Source: Octopus sinensis
Lineage: Eukaryota
Reading direction: 5' to 3'
DNA length: 64,000 bases
Assembly (NCBI RefSeq): GCF_006345805.1
Contig: NC_042998.1
Coordinates: forward strand, 12,462,001-12,526,000
Shown: in pieces, positions 56,647-64,000 of the stretch
How positions within the stretch are numbered: position 1 is the stretch's first letter
Layout: every line of letters begins with the position of its first letter
The notes under the pieces: model-generated
Databases searched by the model: none
Told to the model about the DNA's origin: nothing
Seen by the model: only the letters and a program-made list of their open reading frames with translations
Made by a program: the position numbers and the translations under genes

Positions 56647-57189
56647 ATATACATATATGTAAATAGATGTAAATATATATGTGTGTGTTTGTGTGTGTTT
56701 TATACATATATGTATATATATATATACACCATGTATATAAATGTATATATATGTATTTATATATATACTTATACACGAAGATGACCATGTATACAACTGT
56801 TCTTGAATCCTATTAACACAATATTGCATGTAATATACGAATCATTCACCAGTTAACACCTGATCATGCAGCGTGGAAACAATCGTCGTGATTTGTATTA
56901 AAGCTCATTTGACTAATTTATAAATTATGTTACACACATATTCATATAATCGTATCAGTTCACATTCTTCAACTACATATTTAATGTTTATGCTCTCCAA
57001 AACCGTTGACTGTGCACCAATACATCAAGCTTTACCTGACAAAAGGATATATAAAATATAGTTAAATTTAGCCTGAACAACCTCTATATATTCATGTACA
57101 TATACATATATACCTACATACATGCATACATGAATGTATGTATATATATATGTATGTGTGTGTGTGTGTGCGTGTGTATATATATAGTT

Positions 57190-57395
57190 AATCCAAACAA
57201 GAACAAACAAAGAGAAAACACAACAACGCGAGGCCGTGGAACAAGTATAGCGTTAGTGGACGCTCAGGAAAAGAAAGAAAGAAGGAGGATCTAACGTTTC
57301 AAGCGGATCTCTTCGTCAGAAATATAAAAAAAGGAAAAGTCCAATGAAGGGAAGACGGCGAGAGAAAACGCCAACGATACACACGCGGTCACATA
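57190..57395 (-). mobile_element. Hammerhead-bearing repeat cassette, copy 2 (inverted)
   Basis: Shares ACCGCGTGTGTA.CGTTGGCG...CCGTCTTCCC...TTCTGACGAAGAG...GAAACGTTA...CCTCCTTCTTTC...AGCGTCCA with 55900-56045. Confidence 0.6.
57289..57323 (-). ncRNA. Minimal type-I hammerhead ribozyme motif, C3:G8 core
   Basis: AUUU-CUGACGA-A-GAG(AUCCG)CUU-GAA-ACGU-U-AGAU; one G.U pair each in stems I and II. Confidence 0.68.
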
Positions 57396-57397
57396 TC

Positions 57398-57455
<58 letters not shown>

Positions 57456-57545
57456 ATATATATATATATATATTTGAGTGGACAAATGAAATATACATAT
57501 AAATATATACATATTCATAACAGACACGCCCACAACCACACACAC

Positions 57546-57578
<33 letters not shown>

Positions 57579-57607
57579 TATATTATATATGTATATATAT
57601 GTATATA

Positions 57608-57649
<42 letters not shown>

Positions 57650-57777
57650 CATACATACATTTATATATATATATATATTATATATATATAGGCAAGGAGA
57701 AATTGTAAAAATGCAGAATGCTTGATTGAAAGAATTTTAATGAAATGAGAAAATGAAAAAATATATAAATATATATT

Positions 57778-57819
57778 TATTCAAACCGGTTTTCGTCATA
57801 GTTTGACTTATCAAGAATA
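57778..57819 (-). ncRNA. Minimal type-I hammerhead motif, U3:A8 core variant, copy 1
   Basis: UAUUC-UUGAUAA-GUC(AAACUAU)GAC-GAA-AACCGGUU-U-GAAUA. Confidence 0.75.
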
Positions 57820-57955
57820 GTTAGGTGAAAGGTTTTTTAAAAATGAGAAAGGGGAAAAAAAGTTGCATTGTTTTTTGCAAAAGAATAATAATAAATATGT
57901 ATAAAAATTAAAAAATAAGTATATATATATATATAATATATATATACATACATAC

Positions 57956-57990
<35 letters not shown>

Positions 57991-58076
57991 CAAGGAGAAA
58001 TTGTAAAAATGCAGAATGCTTAATTGAAAGAAAATTTTAATGAAATGATAAAATGAAAAATATATAAATATATATT

Positions 58077-58118
58077 TATTCAAACCGGTTTTCGTCATAG
58101 TTTGACTTATCAAGAATA
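58077..58118 (-). ncRNA. Minimal type-I hammerhead motif, U3:A8 core variant, copy 2
   Basis: Identical 42-nt motif 299 nt from copy 1. Confidence 0.75.
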
Positions 58119-58833
58119 GTTAGGTGAAAAGGTTTTTTAAAAATGAGAAAGGGGAAAAAAAGTTGCATTGTTTTTTGCAAAAGAATAATAATAAATATGT
58201 ATAAAAATTAAAAAATAAGTAAGTATATATATATATATATATAATATATACATATCTGTAAACAGCTCTCTTTTTGAACACTCCAAACTCCTCCATGACA
58301 ATCTATTTCAAAAGGTCGTGTGTGTATGAGGAGAAGCACTCCTGCAGTGTTACAAAATTTTCGTAACTTTATGTAAAATACATTTAAGTGCGTCTGAAAG
58401 AATTGTAGTACTCGACGACTTTTTCTATAACTTATATTCACAAACTTGCTTATGGCATTAGAAGCAACGGTAGTGGCTTGCAAAATGGAATTGCATAGCA
58501 CCTGTCATCTTAGAGTTTTTCTGTCTAATCTCGATGTGGGATGAACTGCATTTGATGCATTGATTAACAAGTTTTATTGATCAATTATCGATTCATCTGT
58601 GTCTTCCATCAAGCCGCGTTTATGTTAGAGAATATCAAACTGCATTTTACCAAGATCACTCGACCGATCAATATGCAAGGTGTAATCCAGACGTTTTGAG
58701 ACTTTAGCAGAAGAGATATTTATTAATTTCCGAGAAGTGGAAAACGCTAATTTCCTTCAAAGCAGGATCCTCTAGCTTCGATGCAGTTATTATAGAGCTT
58801 CAGACAATTCACGATATATATGTATATATATGC

Positions 58834-58876
<43 letters not shown>

Positions 58877-58890
58877 GTATATATTCGTGC

Positions 58891-58932
<42 letters not shown>

Positions 58933-59006
58933 TCTTGCATATATATTATATATATATATATATATATAGATATATATATATATAGATATATATATATATA
59001 TATATA

Positions 59007-59293
59007 TCACCGTGACCACCGTGACCGACCAGACTATCAGATGTTGCTACACATCACTGGTCACAATGCGCTTCGCATTGTTTTGGCTAAGCGAGCTGGT
59101 CAACAGAAGTAAGAGTGAGAGAAAGTTGGGGCGAAAGAGTACAGCAGGGATCACCACCATCCCCTGCCGGAGCCGCATGGAGCTTTAGGTGTTTTCGCTC
59201 AATAAACACTCACAACGCCCGGTCTGGGAATCGAAACCGCGATCCTACAACCGCGAGTCCGCTGCCCTAACCACTGGGCCATTGCGCCTCCAC
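59007..59293 (-). mobile_element. SINE family C head/body with tail type 2
   Basis: Intact A- and B-box head; tail ..CATTGTGACCAGTGATGTGTAGCAACATCTGATAGTCTGGTCGGTCACGGTG(GTCACGGTG) is unrelated to the tail of 13237-13622. Confidence 0.88.
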
Positions 59294-59330
59294 ACACACA
59301 CACACACACACATATAAATATTTATCAATG

Positions 59331-59664
59331 GTGGAGCAATAGCCTAGTGGTTAGGGCAGAGGACTCGCGGTCGTAGGATCGCGGTTTGGATTCCCAGACC
59401 GGGCGTTATAAGTGTTTATTGACCGAAAACACCTAAAGCTCCACGAGGCTCCGCAAGGGGGCGGCGGTGAACTTTGCTGTATTCTTTCACCATAAATTTC
59501 TCTCACTCTTTCTTCCTGTTTCTGTTGTACCTGTATTTAAAACGGCCAGCTTTGTTACACTCTGTGTCACGCTGAATCTCCCCGAGAACTACGTTAAGTG
59601 TATACGTGTCTGTGGAGTGGTCAGCCACTTACTCGTTAATTTGACGAGCAGGCTGTTCCGTTGA
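59331..59664 (+). mobile_element. SINE family C, tail type 1, 3'-clipped
   Basis: Colinear with 13237-13580. Confidence 0.88.
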
Positions 59665-59725
59665 CATTTAATCTCATGCATGGTAAATTTATGGATATTT
59701 ATAAAAGGAAATATGTAAAGGGAAA

Positions 59726-60100
59726 CTACGAGGGGTCGACTGAAAATTACATACGATGACCAAGATATTCTCATAGAATGGGGCCAAATGAGGTTTAATT
59801 TTCAACGTAAACTCCCTTGCGGTTCGCTTACTTCTTCCATCATTTTGCAGCGCTTCGCTCCCTTTGCTAAGGAAGCTTTCATCCTTTTGGTCAAAGAAAT
59901 CATCAACAGCAAATACAATGTCATCATCCTTGCGAATCTGGTTCTCAGCCAAGTGTTTTTATATGTTGGGGAACAGGTGATAGTCAGATGGGGTCAAATC
60001 AGGAGAATAGGGAGGGTGATCAACCAGTTCAAAGCACAGCAGCTATTGAAACCGAGTATTTGTGTGCTGGAGCATTTTCCTGAAGAACCTAGACACCTTT
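59726..60100 (-). mobile_element. Mariner-type transposon relic: transposase C-terminus plus terminal-repeat-like end
   Basis: Manual translation FELVDHPPYSPDLTPSDYHLFPNI*KHLAENQIRKDDDIVFAVDDFF matches the YSPDLAPSDY motif. TACGAGGGGTCGACTGAAAA at 59727 resembles a mariner terminus. Confidence 0.82.
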
Positions 60101-61114
60101 CATTAGTTTTCCTGTGCGTTTTATCTTGATAGTCTTTCGTACGACAAATGTACTTAGGACATTTTCAAAACTCTAAACGTATTGGTACGCGAAAAGCTTT
60201 ATTTCAAGAATGTATATCTCATAATCCATTCACAGGGAAGATGATAATTTAATGGTTAAATTAGTGTGAAAATATTTACCTAAGGGAACGTGAAATCAAT
60301 AATTAGAAATTCAATAGAGAAACGAAAACATTATTTGTTCATGAATAACATGTTTCAAGAATATTTTCAGGTGGAACAGTAGAGAACTTATGGATGTTGT
60401 AATAAATATTGGCTATGAATAATTTAATTTTGCTTCTATATAGAGGTGGAAACAATAAAATCTAATATTTAATTAAATATAATATGTACCAATCCATGTA
60501 GTATTATATTTTTATATAGTGACTCAACGAGTAATAATAGAATATACACACACCACGCAACATATTTATAATACACCAATATTATAGGGTGAGAAAGAGA
60601 GAGAGAGGGAGAGAGAGAGAGGTGGGGAGAGTGACAGACGTTTTTGTTTTTACTGAATATCTAAAATTCATGCAAAATATTCCAATTTGTAAAATTCATA
60701 GCACAGCAATATAAATTACTTCTATTTTTCGTAAAACCATAAAAATAACTTTTATATCACTTACATTTTAGATATAGTTTCATATCCGCAAGAAAACTTC
60801 ACACAAATCGCAAAGAAGCAACGAACCCTATAATCAAAAGACACATGGTACATAATATTCTGTATCCAAAAAGGATCTGATGCAAATCCATCTTGCAGTT
60901 TGTCAAAGCTTTGATAATTGCGAATATCTTTTTAAAATGATGTAGGTTAATCACAGCACCTATTCATCCCAGACAATGTCAATATGGCCTCCTCGTATAT
61001 TCAGATGTCAACAGAATATTATTTACCGCAACAAATTCAGCTCTCCACATATTATTATAATTATTCAAAATATTCAGAAACTGGTTGAAATTTGACATCA
61101 ATAATTATTTATAA

Positions 61115-61275
61115 TTTTGTCACAAGGCCAGCAATTTTAAGGGTGGGGATAAATCGTTCTCAACAATCCAGTAGACAACTGGTATTTATTTTATCGACTT
61201 CGGCGAAATTTAGTCTTAAAATGTAAAGAGCTGGATAAAATGCTGCTAAGCATTTTGTCTGACGTGCAAGCATTT
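61115..61275 (-). mobile_element. Degenerate SINE family A-related fragment
   Basis: ACAAGGCCAGCAATTT..AACTGGTATTTATTTTATCGAC..GCTAAGCATTTT. Confidence 0.55.
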
Positions 61276-62239
61276 TGGTAGCTCAAATCTGTTCTTCCAG
61301 TGTTATACAAATCACGTGTTCCATATCAAGGCTGTACTCGAAGACGCTACATTTTCTCAGGTTCAACTTCCTTTTGCATTTGTCGTTATTTTTAAGGATA
61401 GGGATTATTTTAATTAGAATGTTTACAGCCGTGACATTGCAAGGTATCTTCTTTGTGTCTTTTTTTCCATTGCTTCGTGGACCACTCAATAAGGATTAAA
61501 TAGCATAATTAGAAAATTCCTACGTTCCAATGTTCTCTTCTTAAATCTGCAACCGGATTAATTGACAGCCACATTGAAACTTTCAGCTGTTCGGATCTGA
61601 TTATGAATTTACATCCATGCCAATAATTCGGGAGGGGAGCCTTCTGATAAACGGATATGCCTGGGATTATTTTAACTGAAATGCTGGCAGCTCTGTCACT
61701 TCAATATATCTTTCGTGCTGTACTTTTTCTTTCCGTTGCCTCGTAGACTCCTCAGTAAGAATTACTTAGAACAATTAGCACAATTCCTGCTTTCCAGTGT
61801 ATCGAAATTTATAATTTCACTACTTACATTTTGTTATGTCGCACCTTCGGATGCCTCAACTACTCTGACTGCTACTCAACTGTGCTCGACTCTATTCTGT
61901 TCTAGTCTGAACTCTGATGTCTAGGTTTCTCCCTCTATATCTACTAGCCTACTTCATGATCTGGGGGCGTCTGCACAACACATTTAAGCAGCAGTAAAGC
62001 GTGTCGCCTGCATTTATTGCAGATAGTATCCATAATACTAACACGATCTTTGATGATACAACCTGCAAGTAGAAAAGAAAAACTTAAGGATACGGTGGTA
62101 AAAATTAATATATAAAAATGATCGTTGTTGTCATCCCAACACCCAATGATGGAACTTTATTTTTCCTTGCTATGTCCAGCTTCCTCATTCTAGAAAGACA
62201 TACATGTGTACACGCGACCTTGTACATATACTACGAAAA

Positions 62240-62545
62240 GGTATAACTCAGTGTTAGAGCAACCATAAGGTTGTGTGTTTGGTTCTCTGACTGGGCTGTG
62301 TGTTATGTTCTTGAGTAAGATACTTTATTTCAAGTTGCTCCAGTACACTCAGCTATTGAAATGAGTTTCGACTTCACTGGTGCCAATCTGTATCGGCCTT
62401 ACACTTTCCCTCGAACAACATCGATGGCGTGAGGAGCGGAGACTGGTATGCAAGGGCGACTGCTAGTCTTCCAGAAACCACCTTGCCCAGACTTCTATTC
62501 TGGAGGGGAGCCTTCTGAGAGCAATCCCGCGAATAGTGTGAAGAC
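62240..62545 (+). mobile_element. Old SINE with CORE-like segment (related to family D 5' half, different tail)
   Basis: GTTCTTGAGTAAGATACTTTATTTCAAGTTGCTCCAGT resembles family D; GGAGGGGAGCCTTCTGA recurs at about 61632. Confidence 0.5.
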
Positions 62546-62607
62546 CCCTTTCCAGGTCTTTGCCCTTTATGTTTATATGTGCTAGTTTGTACACGTTACT
62601 AATTTGA

Positions 62608-63022
62608 TTACTCTCTTTTACTCTTTTACTTGTTTCAGTCATTTGACAGCGGCCATGCTGGAGCACCACCTTTAGTCAAGCAAATCGACCCCGGGACTTA
62701 TTCTTTGTAATCCTAGTACTTATTCTATCGGGTTCTTTTGCCGAACCGCTAAGTAACGGGGACGTAAACACACCAGCATCGGTTGTTAAGCAATGCTGGG
62801 GGGACAATCACAGACACACAAACATATACACACACACTTATATATATATACATATATACAACAGGCTTCTTTCAGTTTCCGTCTACCAAATCCACTCACA
62901 AGGCATTGGTCGGCCCGGGGCTATAGCAGAAGACACTTGCCCAAGATGCCACGCAGTGGGACTGAACCCGGAACCATGTGGCTGGTTAGCAAGCTACTTA
63001 CCACACAGCCACTCCTGCACCT
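62608..63022 (-). mobile_element. SINE family B, full length
   Basis: Colinear with 50307-50782. Confidence 0.9.
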
Positions 63023-64000
63023 ATGATTGTCTATTTTTCATTTACCTCAACTGGAGATTTTGTACAATATTGTTAATAAGGTAAATGATCGGTCGAGAAT
63101 AGGCTTCTTTGATACAGCACTGACCTGGTATTTTCGATATTTTCTCTGTGTGTGTATGTGTGTGTCTGTGTCTCTGAGTGTCTGTTTTGTGTGTGTGTGT
63201 GCGCGTACGTGTGTGCGTTATGCACGTGTGCATGCAACTTGTACAGGGAAATATTTCCTGCACGAATTCTTAAACTTTCTGAGTAAAATTCGCATTCATG
63301 CTTATTAATGTTACGAGTGCACCTGATTCAATGTCTCTTCATAAATTAGACTTTTAATCCATTAAGTAAAGATTTATTAATCGTACGTTAATTTCTATAG
63401 CAGTATAATTTTTCACACTCGTTTATTTCCATAGCAAGCCAAAAAAAAAAATGCATCTAATTTCTCGATGATATTTATTAATAATATTTTGGATTAAATT
63501 TATACAGTTTACAAAACACAATTTTCGAATTACCATAATTCATTCGATTTCTATATTAATAAATATAATCAATTTCAATTGAAGAACAATTTTCTTGAAT
63601 CCTATGCAAATAATATAGCTGATATAATCATACACATATTATATTAATTTTTTTAATGCTAAATGCCTGGTCATATTTTCCCAAATACATCTAAATATTG
63701 CTGGCTTATGCATTAATAAATGATAATGACTTGTTTGAAAATTGTATAAACAAATTTTGCCAGAAAGCAAACTAATAATTCATGCTAATGCCAAGCAAAC
63801 CGCTCGAATTATCATAGCTGTGTGTTCATGTATATTAAATCTCAACCTTTATTCAATAGCTGTTATTATAAAATCATAAATCAAAAGCTATGGAAATTAG
63901 TAGCCAATATGAAACAGCGTATGGTAAGCGTTTCTGCGCACGAGGTAAAATTCCCTGCGAGCTAATACAGTTTAGAAAATTCAATTGAAGATTGCGACTA

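Larger units (their letters stand above)
57645..58225. repeat. Tandem duplication, period about 299 bp
   Basis: GGCAAGGAGAAATTGTAAAAATGCAGAATG...AAAAATAAGT at about 57691-57920 and 57989-58220, each preceded by (TA)n. Confidence 0.93.

Noticed and set aside
58250-58740. Possible mariner or Helitron relic on the minus strand (IPH..TEN..LCNSIL; LK*IV)
   Set aside because: Motif similarity is too weak to tell from chance without a profile search.
58755-58815. Minus-strand CTGAAG...GCATCGAAGCTAGA hammerhead-like string; similar weak strings near 14745, 16180, 30490 and 31700
   Set aside because: Stems I/II do not pair, or more than two core positions differ.

Overview
AT-rich, microsatellite-dense animal genomic DNA (intronic or intergenic). 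I can recognise no intact host gene, rRNA, true tRNA or CRISPR array. Most ORF-track entries are microsatellite translations. The repeat landscape suggests a coleoid cephalopod, probably Octopus (inference, no database check). Contents: (1) Two R4/Dong-like RT + restriction-like endonuclease retrotransposons in (TAA)n arrays, one near full length (40124-44088), plus a third 3' stub. (2) A cluster of Tx1/L1-like LINE 3' ends, each embedded in (TATC)n. (3) RTE, CR1-group and mariner relics. (4) Many tRNA-headed SINE copies from about four families, with module swapping and a 3' stem-loop shared with a CR1-group LINE. (5) Local duplications of about 299, 577 and 830 bp. The best finding is not in the ORF track: six minimal type-I hammerhead ribozyme motifs (five loci, one a tandem pair), each in a short cassette within (TA)n. 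All have a palindromic stem III, which implies they fold as dimers. Together they show three Watson-Crick versions of the core 3:8 pair (C:G, U:A, G:C). All structures were parsed by eye, and activity is untested.
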